Part shown: piece after piece, positions 1 through 9,008 of the stretch | How positions within the stretch are numbered: position 1 is the stretch's first letter | Layout: every line of letters starts with the position of its first letter | Assembly (NCBI GenBank): GCA_965223845.1 | Contig: CBDCXR010000004.1 | Coordinates: 5,600,001 to 5,664,000, forward strand | DNA length: 64,000 nucleotides | Direction of reading: 5' to 3' | Origin: Planctomycetota bacterium | GTDB taxonomy: Bacteria > Planctomycetota > UBA8108 > SXIK01 | The notes under the pieces: model-generated | Seen by the model: only the letters and a program-made list of their open reading frames with translations | Databases searched by the model: none | Told to the model about the DNA's origin: nothing | Program-made: the position numbers and the translations under genes

Positions 1-1640
1 CGCTCCCAATGCTGCGTGCGGCGTTCGGTGTTTCCGAACATGCCCTCGCGCTCGACCCACGCGGCCGACGGCAGGATCAAATCCGCGACGTCCGTCGTCG
101 GAGTCGGATAGATCTCGCTCACGACGATGAACCGACCGTCGCCTGGGCGACGCGCAAACCGGCGCAAGTTGGGCAACGAGACCCACGGGTTCGTCGTCTG
201 GATCCACATCGCGCGCACGTCTCCGCGCTCGAGCGCGCGGAACATGTCGATCGTGTGGTAGCCGGGCTTCGCCGGAATCGAGTTCGCGGGGAGACCCCAG
301 AGCTTTTCGGTGAACTCGCGGTGCTCGGGCTTCGTCACGAGCATGTCGGCCGGCAGTCGATTCGAGAGCGTACCGACCTCACGCGCGGTACCGCAGGCCG
401 AGGGCTGCCCGGTCAAGCTGAGCGGGTTGCTTCCCGGACGGCTGATCTTTCCGGTGACGAGGTGAAGATCGTTGATGAGGTTGTTCATCCACGTGCCGCG
501 GACGTGCTGGTTGACGCCCATGCACCAGAGACTCACCGTTCCGCGATTCGAGTCGCCGTAGAGATCGGCGAGAAGCCGAAGCTGCGCCGCGGGGACGCCG
601 CTCGTCTTCTCGACGGACGCGGGATCGTAGTCCTTCAAGAACGCCCGCATCTCTTCGAGCGAGGAGGGTTTCGCTGCGTCCTTGAACGTGTAGCGCTTCG
701 CCGAGTCGCCATGACAGCCGTAGCCGATCGCCTCGAGGTCCTCGACGCCGCGTCGAAAAACGACGTTCTCTTCGATGAACGCCGTGTCGATACGGTTCGA
801 TTCGAAGAGCAGGTGAAGGATGCCGTTCGCGATCGCGAGGTCCGTGCCCGGCCGAAATCGAACGCGGACGTCGGCGTACTGGCTCGTCGGAGTTTCGCGC
901 GTCGCGAGATCGACGACTCGGACGGACGGACGGCGGCGCTTCGATTCGAGGATGCGACCGAACAGCACGGGGTGCGTCTCGGCCATGTTGTTACCCCAGA
1001 GGACGAAATCGTCGCCCGACTCGAAATCGTCGTAGCAGCCCATCGGCTCGTCGCTCTGGAACTGCGTCATGAATCCCATGACGGCCGAAGCCATGCAGAG
1101 GCGCGCATTCGGATCGAGGTTGTTCGAGCGCATGCCGCCCTTCACCCACTTGAGCGCGGCGTAGCCATCGTAGATCGTCCACTGACCCGACCCGTACATC
1201 GCGACGGCCTCGGGTCCGGACTCGGCGAGAGTCGACGAAAACTTCTCGGCGACGAGATCGAGCGCCGCGTCCCACGAGATGCGCTCGAGAGTCCCGTCCG
1301 CGCGACGGCGCTGCGGGTGCGTGAGGCGGTCTTCGCCGTAGAGGAATCCCGGCAGGTGGTACCCCTTAACGCAGAGGAGTCCGCGGTTGACGGGGCTCGC
1401 TTCGTCGCCGCGCACCGCGACGACGCGCCCCTTGTCGACGCCGACTTCGACGCCGCACCCCGTGCCGCAGAATCGGCAGGGCGCCTTTCCCCAAGTGAGG
1501 TCCGCATGCCTCGTACCCGCAACCGGTCCCGCCGCGATGCGCGCCGCCTCGTCGCGCTCCTTGCACGAGAAGGCGACGACTCCACCAGCGGCTCCGCCGA
1601 GCCAAGTGATGAAATCGCGTCGGTCCATCGGATTCTTCAT
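1..1640 (-). CDS. napA: Periplasmic nitrate reductase catalytic subunit (3' end outside window)
   Basis: Not in the ORF track because it has no stop in the window; translated by hand from ATG at 1640. Tat signal MKNPMDRRDFITWLGG, 4Fe-4S motif CRFCGTGC...GLLCVKG, GSGQWT, Mo-ligand motif DPNARLCMASAV, LTGQPSACGTAREVG. ATGA overlap with the upstream gene. Confidence 0.93.
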   Translation of the reverse strand, partial: MKNPMDRRDFITWLGGAAGGVVAFSCKERDEAARIAAGPVAGTRHADLTWGKAPCRFCGTGCGVEVGVDKGRVVAVRGDEASPVNRGLLCVKGYHLPGFLYGEDRLTHPQRRRADGTLERISWDAALDLVAEKFSSTLAESGPEAVAMYGSGQWTIYDGYAALKWVKGGMRSNNLDPNARLCMASAVMGFMTQFQSDEPMGCYDDFESGDDFVLWGNNMAETHPVLFGRILESKRRRPSVRVVDLATRETPTSQYADVRVRFRPGTDLAIANGILHLLFESNRIDTAFIEENVVFRRGVEDLEAIGYGCHGDSAKRYTFKDAAKPSSLEEMRAFLKDYDPASVEKTSGVPAAQLRLLADLYGDSNRGTVSLWCMGVNQHVRGTWMNNLINDLHLVTGKISRPGSNPLSLTGQPSACGTAREVGTLSNRLPADMLVTKPEHREFTEKLWGLPANSIPAKPGYHTIDMFRALERGDVRAMWIQTTNPWVSLPNLRRFARRPGDGRFIVVSEIYPTPTTDVADLILPSAAWVEREGMFGNTERRTQHWE

Positions 1641-3211
1641 TTGCCGATCCACTCGTGCTCGGGACGCGCCATGATATCGTCGATGACTTTGGCCACGGCG
1701 TCGGCGGCGGCTGCCTTCCCTTCCTCTCGCGCGTGGGCGACGATCTCACGCGCCTGAGGGATGAGCTCCATGTAGAATCGCTCGGCCACTTCGTACATGC
1801 CGTGCCAGTGTGCGTAGTCGGGCGCCATCATGCTCGCACCGTGACGAGCTCGTCGACCTTCGTGGTGCCAGAGATAGAACCAAGTCCACTCGATCTCCTC
1901 GTCGAAAGACGTCGAAGTTCGGAGCCCTTGCTCGAGTAGCGCGGCCATGATCTTCTGGCCGGGCTTGGCGAACTTTTCGTTGTAGAGCACGACGAAGTCA
2001 TCGTACTGGCGGTAGAAGCCGTTGACGTAGTCCGGCGTGTGGCAGTGAAGGCATACGTTCTTCATCTCTTGGCGTTTCGCCTGCCACGTGCTCTTGATCA
2101 ACGCGCGCCGTTTCTCCGGATCGGTCTCCTTGACGACGGCGTGATTCGCGTCCGTGTCCATGACGAGACTTACCGGCGGGCGATTCGTCCAGGAGATACG
2201 CTCGCCCGGGTCGTGCGTGATGCGGCCCTTGTTCTTCGAGTGGCCGGACATGTGACAAGTCGCACAGGTCGGCGCCTGTGAATAGTCCTTTCCGAGCACC
2301 CATTCCTTCGAGTCGAGGTTCAGCTCGTCCTTGAGATCGCGGTAGGCGACGCCGTGCTTCGACTCTTCGTAGATCTCCTTCTGCGGGTGGTCCGGACCGA
2401 GGTGACACTTGCCGCAGTTCTCCGGTTGGCGGGCGCGACGGGGCGAGAAGTCGTGTCGCGAGTGGCACGCGGAGCAAGAACCGCGCGAGCCGTCGAGATT
2501 GAGTCGCCCGATTCCGGTATTCGGCCACGTCCCCGGGTCGTAGAGGGGTCGGCCGTTGTCGTCCTTGCGGATTTTCGCGACGGCGTCGAGGTTCGTCGGC
2601 TTCCCGTCGGCGTCCGGCTTCAGCTCGACGACCGAGATGCGTCCGCCGTCCGTCGACTGAAGCGCGACGGCGCTCCCGTGGCATTGCTGGCAGCCGACGA
2701 ACGCGCTCGCCATGCCGTTGACCGGAGCCGAGCCGCGTCCGGGGGTCGGTGAATGCGGGTTGAACGGCTGGCGCGAGCCTTCGACGGTCTCGGCGAGAAA
2801 GTTATCGAGCGAATGAAGGATGTTCCCACCCTTGGCGTGGTGACTGCGGGCGAACTCATCGGCGACGTTCGGATGGCAACGTCCGCAATCCCGCGGCGTG
2901 ACGATCGTCGCGATTTGGTGTCCGTGGTGATTGAAGCCATCGACGTCGTCGGGTTCAGCCCGATGGCATTCCACGCAGCCGACGCCCTTCTCGGCGTGGG
3001 TACTCCCCTGCCAGTGCTGGACGATGCCCGGTGACGAATCTCCGTGGCAGCTGACGCAATCTTCCGAAGATTTCGGAATCGGATACGCGTGCGTTTCGAG
3101 TCCGGACTCGCGGCGCTTACGGAGGATCTCCATCGCTTGCACGAACACGAGGGAGAGAAGAAACGCGGCCCCGAGGCCCGCGATGATTCGTTTCTTGGTT
3201 TCTAGATTCAT
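1637..3211 (-). CDS. Membrane-anchored octaheme cytochrome c, hydroxylamine oxidoreductase (HAO) family
   Basis: Eight CxxCH motifs (CVSCH, CVECH, CGRCH, CQQCH, CSACH, CGKCH, CATCH, CLHCH); HAO signatures CHSRHDFS, GPDHPQKEIYEESKHG, HEGRRARHGASMMAPDYAHWHG; N-terminal hydrophobic helix. Confidence 0.9.
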   Translation of the reverse strand: MNLETKKRIIAGLGAAFLLSLVFVQAMEILRKRRESGLETHAYPIPKSSEDCVSCHGDSSPGIVQHWQGSTHAEKGVGCVECHRAEPDDVDGFNHHGHQIATIVTPRDCGRCHPNVADEFARSHHAKGGNILHSLDNFLAETVEGSRQPFNPHSPTPGRGSAPVNGMASAFVGCQQCHGSAVALQSTDGGRISVVELKPDADGKPTNLDAVAKIRKDDNGRPLYDPGTWPNTGIGRLNLDGSRGSCSACHSRHDFSPRRARQPENCGKCHLGPDHPQKEIYEESKHGVAYRDLKDELNLDSKEWVLGKDYSQAPTCATCHMSGHSKNKGRITHDPGERISWTNRPPVSLVMDTDANHAVVKETDPEKRRALIKSTWQAKRQEMKNVCLHCHTPDYVNGFYRQYDDFVVLYNEKFAKPGQKIMAALLEQGLRTSTSFDEEIEWTWFYLWHHEGRRARHGASMMAPDYAHWHGMYEVAERFYMELIPQAREIVAHAREEGKAAAADAVAKVIDDIMARPEHEWIGK

Positions 3212-3266
3212 GATTCGGTCCGCGCGAATTCCGCCCGAGTCCTGATCGCGGAGTCGACAGGACCCA

Positions 3267-4316
3267 TCAGTGCTCCACCGCCGCTTCCCAGACGGTGAAT
3301 CCGATGATCAACGACGCAGCGACGATGCCGATCCAAACGCTGAGCTCGACCCGGGGAAACAGCTTCCGCAGCGCCTGATCGATGAACGGCCAAAGGAACA
3401 TGACGAACACGATGAACCCGGTGCTAAGTACCGCGAAGGTCCCCGAGAAGAGTTTCAGCCACCGGAAGACGACGTAGAAGAACCACTCGGGCTTGATGAC
3501 CTCCGGAGTGGTCTGAGGATCTGCGCGAGCGCCGAGCTCCGCCGGCAGGCAGATCGCGAGCGTCGTGAGCACGATCATGATCACGAGGCCGATGATCAAT
3601 TCCGTGAAGAAGTGATCGGGAAAAAAACTAAACGTTCCGGATCCGTCCTTCGGATCCCTCTTGAATCGAAATTCCGTGACGCCTTGGAGCCGGATCAGCG
3701 TGATGTGAACGAAGAGGAGGAGCACCATCGCCATCGGGAGCACGGCCGCGTGAAGAATGAAGAACCGCGAGAGCGTGTGCTCACCGTAGACTTCACCGCC
3801 GAGGAGCATCCGCTTGAGGAATCCCCCGATCAGCGGGACGGTCTCGGCGATGTTGGCGCCGACCGTCGCACCCCAATAGCTGAGCTGCTCGTAGACGAGA
3901 CTGTAGCCCGTGAATCCCACGGTGATGGTGAGGAGGAGAAGACACATCCCCACCATCCAATTGAGCTCGCGCGGCTTTCGGTAGGCGCCGGTGAAATAGA
4001 CGCGCATCTGGTGGAGGATCACGGTCGCGACCATGAGGGTCGCGGCCCACTTGTGGAGGCTTCGGAAATACCAGCCGTACGTGGCTTCTTCCGTGATGTA
4101 GCGAACTGATTCGTAGGCGCGGGCGGCACTCGGCTCGTAGTAGAACGCGAGCAGGATGCCGGTCACGATCTGAACGACGAAGAGATACGCGGGCGTTCCT
4201 CCGAGACAGAACCACCAGTGCTTGAGGTGATTCGGAACCGGCTCGTTCGTGAGCTCCCGGAGGCGATTGCCCGAGACCGGAACGCGATCGTAGAACCAGT
4301 TCGCCACTCGCGACAT
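3267..4316 (-). CDS. Cytochrome b of a Rieske/cytb complex (b6-like, subunit-IV region fused)
   Basis: Heme His pairs SLHKW...ILHQM and ILHAA...VHIT, WFCLGG (heme ci Cys motif), GFTGYSL, Qo-site IKPEWFF. Start taken at ATG 4316, 2 nt after the Rieske stop. Confidence 0.93.
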   Translation of the reverse strand: MSRVANWFYDRVPVSGNRLRELTNEPVPNHLKHWWFCLGGTPAYLFVVQIVTGILLAFYYEPSAARAYESVRYITEEATYGWYFRSLHKWAATLMVATVILHQMRVYFTGAYRKPRELNWMVGMCLLLLTITVGFTGYSLVYEQLSYWGATVGANIAETVPLIGGFLKRMLLGGEVYGEHTLSRFFILHAAVLPMAMVLLLFVHITLIRLQGVTEFRFKRDPKDGSGTFSFFPDHFFTELIIGLVIMIVLTTLAICLPAELGARADPQTTPEVIKPEWFFYVVFRWLKLFSGTFAVLSTGFIVFVMFLWPFIDQALRKLFPRVELSVWIGIVAASLIIGFTVWEAAVEH

Positions 4317-4318
4317 CG

Positions 4319-4921
4319 TCAGGCGAGCCCCGTCGTGTCCGCATCCCGGCGGTGCTTCCCGCCGCACTCGAGGTCTCGGTCCTGATCGCCGCCGCTAGGG
4401 GGATCGGCGGCGGCGAGCTCGTCGGTCGCTACTCGTACGTAGAGCAGCCCCCCGCGCACGTCGAGCGGGAACCGCAGGAGAGACTGCTTCGCGTCGGCCG
4501 GTGGGCCCGAACGCGGCGTGCCGTCGCTCGCGAACACGCCGTTGTGGCACGGGCAGAAGAAGCGATCGTTCTGGGGCTCCCAAAAGACCTTGCAGCCGAG
4601 ATGCGGGCAAGTGCTCGAGAGCGCGAGAAAATCGTTTGCCGTTTCGCCTTCACCGCGCCGCGTGATCGTGACGCGCGCGCCGGCGGGAGTTTCATACGCG
4701 ATCGCATCGCCGACGGAGAGATCTGCGACGCGCGCGACGTAGAGCCACGCCGTCGGTCGCGCCTTCGACGGATAAAGATACCGGCCGCCGTAAAGAGCGA
4801 ACGTGCCGTAGCTGGCGGCGAGGCTGCCCGCCATCACCCATCCCGTGGCTCCGCCGATGAACTCTCGGCGTTCGACGTCGTTCGGTTTCGTCTCGTCAGC
4901 CGCCGGATTCGAATCCACCAC
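4319..4921 (-). CDS. Rieske 2Fe-2S subunit of a Rieske/cytb complex
   Basis: CPHLGC and CPCHNG boxes, GPP motif, N-terminal twin-arginine ERREFIGG plus a hydrophobic helix. Confidence 0.93.
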   Translation of the reverse strand: MVDSNPAADETKPNDVERREFIGGATGWVMAGSLAASYGTFALYGGRYLYPSKARPTAWLYVARVADLSVGDAIAYETPAGARVTITRRGEGETANDFLALSSTCPHLGCKVFWEPQNDRFFCPCHNGVFASDGTPRSGPPADAKQSLLRFPLDVRGGLLYVRVATDELAAADPPSGGDQDRDLECGGKHRRDADTTGLA

Positions 4922-4957
4922 GTCCCTCTGATCCCCAATCCCAGTCTCAGAAGCACC

Positions 4958-4987
4958 GGATTAAAAGATATTCCGACCTTTTTATCC
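4958..4987. promoter_or_regulatory. Inverted repeat GGATTAAAAG-N10-CTTTTTATCC, candidate Rrf2-family operator overlapping a -10-like element
   Basis: 9/10 arm match, an AT-rich island in GC-rich DNA, ~36 bp upstream of the Rieske start; TTTAAT on the minus strand lies within the left arm. Confidence 0.6.
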
Positions 4988-5008
4988 AGAGAAGATCCGA
5001 ACGATCAT

Positions 5009-5422
5009 CTACTCGTCGCGACTGAATGCATCGCGGCCCAGGTCGGCAATCGTCGCGCCGTCGATCCACTCTTCGTAGGATTCCCGCACGCGCGACCACG
5101 CTCCGTGGAGCGGGCACGGATCCGCGTCCGAACAATCGGGAAAGCCGAATATGCACCGAAAGAGAACACTCTCGCCGTCGAGCGCGCGAAGGATGTCGCC
5201 GACCCTCGTCTCGAGCGCTTCCGGCGAGGCGCGAAAGCCGCCCCCCGGACCCTTGCGTGATTCGACGAATCCGCGCTTGCCGAGATCCGCGAGCACCTTC
5301 GCCAGGTACGGGGCCGATAAATCATAGTCGGCGGCGAGAGTTTCGACGTCGTACCACTCGCCTTCTGCGCGGACGAGCGCATGAAGCGCGCGGAGAGCGT
5401 ATTGACTCGTCTTAGAGAGCAA
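5009..5422 (-). CDS. Rrf2-family transcriptional regulator, probably Fe-S binding
   Basis: SKTSQYALRAL, YLAKVL, SRKGPGGGF wing, three C-terminal Cys (CIFGFPDCSDADPCPLH). Confidence 0.92.
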   Translation of the reverse strand: MLSKTSQYALRALHALVRAEGEWYDVETLAADYDLSAPYLAKVLADLGKRGFVESRKGPGGGFRASPEALETRVGDILRALDGESVLFRCIFGFPDCSDADPCPLHGAWSRVRESYEEWIDGATIADLGRDAFSRDE

Positions 5423-5451
5423 CGGGCAAACGGGCTCGACTGCCGGTCCAG

Positions 5452-6897
5452 CTACAGATTCGGGAACGCCGCGGCGAGGTCGAGCTCGTCCCCGGTCGTC
5501 TTCTGCAGCTCGCGCAGTCGCGCGAACAGCTTCTTCATGAGCGCGAGGTTGTTTCGATCGCCCGCGAGGTCGCGCGTCTCGAGGGGATCGGCGACGAGAT
5601 CGTAGAGTCGCGCTCGGCTGATCTTCGGGTAGAGGATCAGCTTGTGGCGGCCGACCGTCACCGAGCGCTGGAGCTTCAAGTACGCGCCGTAGATCGCGTC
5701 GTAGCTCGAGCTCTTCGTCTCGCCGCGAAGGAGCGGAAGCAGGCTGTGAAACTCGACGTGTTCCGGCTTCTCGACTCCCGCGAGCTCGAGCGTCGTCGGG
5801 ACGACGTCCTGAAGGTAGATCGGTGCATCGATCGTCCGCCCCGCCGCGATCCCGGGCCCGCTGACGATGAACGGCACCCGCGTGCTGTGCTCGTAGAGGT
5901 TTTGCTTTCCGAGGAGACCGTGGTGCCCCACCGCGAGCCCGTGATCGGCACTGAACACGATATAGGTATTGTCGGCCTTGCCCGATTTCTCGAGTGCAGC
6001 GAGCATGCGGCCGATCTGCGCGTCCATGTGCGTGATGATCGCGTAGTACTCCTGGCGGTTCACCTTCACCGCGTACTCGGTGCGGGGAAACGGCGCGAGC
6101 TTCTCATCGCGGAGGCCGGGGCCACAGCCGATCGAATCCTTGTACGGGTACTCAGCGAGATAGCTGAACGGGACCTTGACCCGCTGGAGCGGATACTTGT
6201 CGACGTACTCCTTCGGGCTCTGCCGCGGATCGTGGGGCGCGTTGAACGCGAGGTACATGAAGAACGGCTTCTCGCTCTTCGCGGCGATCTCGAAGAACCC
6301 ATCCGCGTCGTCGCCGAGGACTTCACTCCAGTGCTTTCCGCCTCTCCAAAAACCCTCCCACTGCCGGTCCCACGGTCGCCAGGCATCTTCCTCGCCCTCG
6401 TGCGGGCGGTTGTACCCCGCTTTCGTCTGGTTCGGCATGCCCGGTCTCACGTGGACGACGTGATCGAACGCGAGCTCCGCCTTCGCGCGGACGTGCCACT
6501 TCCCCGAGAAGAACGTTTCGTAGCCGGCCTTCCGCAGAATCTCCGACCAAAAGCGCCCCGCCTTTCGCTCGTCTTCCGTCGCTTGATACACGCGGTGCGC
6601 GTGCCAAAGGAACCGCCCCGTGTTGAGCATCGTCCGGCTCGCCACGCAGACCGCGCCGCTCCACGAGCCCATATTGTACGCGCGCGAAAACGAGGTCCCG
6701 CGCGCGACGAGTCGATCGAGGTTCGGCGTCTCGATTTCGTCGTTTCCTAGCGCTCCGACGAGCTCGTGCGAGTGATCGTCGGCGAAAATGAACAGAATGT
6801 TCGGCCGCGCGTCGTCGGCTCCCCGGACGACAGTCGCAATCAGCAGCCCGCAAAGGCAAACGGTCATCGAGAGCGAGAGTCGCGGCCGCGTCGTCAT
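5452..6897 (-). CDS. Exported formylglycine-dependent sulfatase
   Basis: Signal peptide, RPNILFIFADD, CVASR (CxxxR), GKWH, APHDP, SADHG. Confidence 0.9.
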   Translation of the reverse strand: MTTRPRLSLSMTVCLCGLLIATVVRGADDARPNILFIFADDHSHELVGALGNDEIETPNLDRLVARGTSFSRAYNMGSWSGAVCVASRTMLNTGRFLWHAHRVYQATEDERKAGRFWSEILRKAGYETFFSGKWHVRAKAELAFDHVVHVRPGMPNQTKAGYNRPHEGEEDAWRPWDRQWEGFWRGGKHWSEVLGDDADGFFEIAAKSEKPFFMYLAFNAPHDPRQSPKEYVDKYPLQRVKVPFSYLAEYPYKDSIGCGPGLRDEKLAPFPRTEYAVKVNRQEYYAIITHMDAQIGRMLAALEKSGKADNTYIVFSADHGLAVGHHGLLGKQNLYEHSTRVPFIVSGPGIAAGRTIDAPIYLQDVVPTTLELAGVEKPEHVEFHSLLPLLRGETKSSSYDAIYGAYLKLQRSVTVGRHKLILYPKISRARLYDLVADPLETRDLAGDRNNLALMKKLFARLRELQKTTGDELDLAAAFPNL

Positions 6898-6995
6898 GGG
6901 ATGGCTCCTGGGAATGGATTCGAGGTAGGACGAGACAGCCTACCCGACACCCTGGGAACCCTCCAGGTGCGATCCTTCGAGCGAACGCGAGGCGG

Positions 6996-8330
6996 CTACT
7001 CGATGACCTTGAGATCGGGGACAAAGTACTCTTTGCCTTCGATCTCGACTCGGCGAGTCGGCCAGCGGATGCAGGGCGTCAGGATCTCGATGCCGTCCTC
7101 CCCGACGATGAACGTGTCTTCGTGCTTCGAGCCGCGACACGTCGGGTTGTAGGCCATCGCCATTCCCGGACGGATGACCGCGTCCGGCAGCTTGCGCAGA
7201 AGCGTGATCCTCTCCGCGGTGAGGATCGGTCCGCCCTGGAGATGCTTCTGCCATTCGTTCAGGTAACCGCCCTCGGCGTACGCGCGTTCGTTGGCCTGGA
7301 GGACCTGGCGAAACGTATTCCCCGGGCGAGTCGCGTGCAGCATCGCCGCCATGACCTTGGCCCCCACATCGTAGACGCGGAGAAGCTCTTCGTCGGGCTT
7401 CCCGAAGTGGAGGAGGCGACTCGTCGAGATCACCATCCCCCATCGCCGCACGCAGACGTTGAGATTCAGGTAGTCGCGGAGCTCCGCACCCACCGGGAAC
7501 GGATGCTTGTACGTACGTACGCGATCGTCGACCGAGGCGAGGTTGACGGTCGGGAAGATGTCCCAGTACCAGCACTCCCGCGCGAGAAGATACTGGACGT
7601 CGTACTCCGTCATTCCGGGGCGGACGACGTCAGCGACGGCTTCGAGGATCTCGACGCACTTCTGTCCGAGCCACCGGTACTTCTTCAGCTCCGGCGGAGT
7701 CAGCGGGAAGAGGAGACCGAGGAAGTCGGTCGTCTCGAGCGGCTGCATCGCGCCGGGGTGGACCGCGTCGGTGACGATCTTTTCCGGATCGGGACAGTAC
7801 TTCGCGATGCGCGCCGGCTCTTCGGTCGCGTCTTCGTAGTAGCGAAACTGCTCGATCTCGAAGCCGAGCCCGCTCACGACCTCCGCCACGAGCCGCGGCG
7901 CTTCGATGTTGTTCGAGATCAGAACCACCGCATCCTTCGTGACGAGAACCTTCGCCTGCGCAGCGTCGCTCGCGTGAACGATGAAATCCTCGCCGCCGCC
8001 GGTGATCCAGCTGAACGTCGTCTCCTTCGTCAGAAGCAGACCGTCGGCTCCCTTCGACGCGAGGAACGTGCGGACGCGCTGAAGCTTCATCTCGACTTCG
8101 ACACGGCGCTCGGCGCGGTCGATGACCAGCTCGCCGAACCGACTCGAAGCGCGCTCGGGATTCCGAAATAGATCGTCCGAAGGAAGCGTCGTCATCGGGC
8201 CTCCGCAGGAACTGAGACCAAGCGCGATTCCGAGCAAGACCGGAATCGCGACTGCGCTCGAAGCACGAAAGCCGCGAGAGTCTAACGTGGTGGAGAAAAT
8301 AGGAGTACGCTCCTCAGGCGAAATCGTCAC
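6996..8330 (-). CDS. M24/creatinase-fold (Xaa-Pro aminopeptidase-like) protein, possible lipoprotein
   Basis: Creatinase-like N-domain (GADGLLL..FSWITGG), PGMTEYDV, KHLQGG, SKHEDT. Start uncertain (GTG 8330 would include lipobox-like LGLSSC; ATG 8195 is the alternative). Confidence 0.7.
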   Translation of the reverse strand: MTISPEERTPIFSTTLDSRGFRASSAVAIPVLLGIALGLSSCGGPMTTLPSDDLFRNPERASSRFGELVIDRAERRVEVEMKLQRVRTFLASKGADGLLLTKETTFSWITGGGEDFIVHASDAAQAKVLVTKDAVVLISNNIEAPRLVAEVVSGLGFEIEQFRYYEDATEEPARIAKYCPDPEKIVTDAVHPGAMQPLETTDFLGLLFPLTPPELKKYRWLGQKCVEILEAVADVVRPGMTEYDVQYLLARECWYWDIFPTVNLASVDDRVRTYKHPFPVGAELRDYLNLNVCVRRWGMVISTSRLLHFGKPDEELLRVYDVGAKVMAAMLHATRPGNTFRQVLQANERAYAEGGYLNEWQKHLQGGPILTAERITLLRKLPDAVIRPGMAMAYNPTCRGSKHEDTFIVGEDGIEILTPCIRWPTRRVEIEGKEYFVPDLKVIE

Positions 8331-8490
8331 GCGGAAGACCGACCCGTCTGCCCTGTCATCGTCGGTTCCAAAGGGGGGGAAACCAGCTAAGATGACGCTC
8401 GTTTCTCCCTTGCGCAACGACGGGGATTGGTTATCAGACCTTCGACTGCGTGGTTGCCGTCGCGGATGGGTTGGCTCGTAAGAGGTTGTC

Positions 8491-8552
8491 GCCACGAAGG
8501 GCACGACGGACGCGAAGGGAAGAGGAATGCGAGAGGAGAGGGGGGAGGAGTA
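8491..8552 (+). repeat. Copy of the dispersed CACGAAG purine-rich repeat
   Basis: GCCACGAAGGGCACGACGGACGCGAAGGGAAGAGG plus a GA-rich tail; resembles copies at 38097 and 42221. Confidence 0.6.
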
Positions 8553-8652
8553 TGGGTGTAACGTTTCGTAGTTTCGGTGGGGCCCGGACCGTTCGATCCG
8601 CCTAGCAAATCTTCCCTCGGTGCCCGTCTAGTTCTTAGGAAGCGTCTAAGCC

Positions 8653-8997
8653 ATGCCCTTCATCCCCTGGGACAACATCGAGAGCATCGAACCCGCCCCC
8701 GGCATTCGCATGCGTGCGCCCTACGGCGAGCGCATGATGATGACGCGCTTCGACCTCGACGAAGGAAGCGTGATCCCTCTGCACAACCACCCGCACGAGC
8801 AAGTCGGGATCGTGCTCGAGGGCGAGATCGAGGTTACGCTCGCCGGCGAAACGCGCACCCTCGGTCCGGGCGACGCCTACATCATCCCTGGAGGCGTCGA
8901 CCACGAAGTCAAAACTCTTCGCGCGCCGTGTCGAGTGCTCGACGTGTTTTCACCGATCCGAGACGACTACGCGACGGAGAACAACCGGCTCGCGTGA
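8653..8997 (+). CDS. Cupin domain protein
   Basis: PLHNHPHEQ...EG and PGD..IPGGVDH cupin motifs, LDVFSPIRDD. Confidence 0.9.
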   Translation: MPFIPWDNIESIEPAPGIRMRAPYGERMMMTRFDLDEGSVIPLHNHPHEQVGIVLEGEIEVTLAGETRTLGPGDAYIIPGGVDHEVKTLRAPCRVLDVFSPIRDDYATENNRLA

Positions 8998-9008
8998 CGG
9001 GCGCTCGC

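Noticed and set aside
9-1757. 582-aa plus-strand ORF
   Set aside because: Antisense shadow of napA; the real gene is on the minus strand and absent from the track only because it lacks a stop in the window.
1637-3211. Evidence for anammox or ammonia oxidation (HDH/HAO)
   Set aside because: No hzs, amo or cytochrome c554 genes nearby; the napA context and probable lack of the cross-linking Tyr point to a reductive role.
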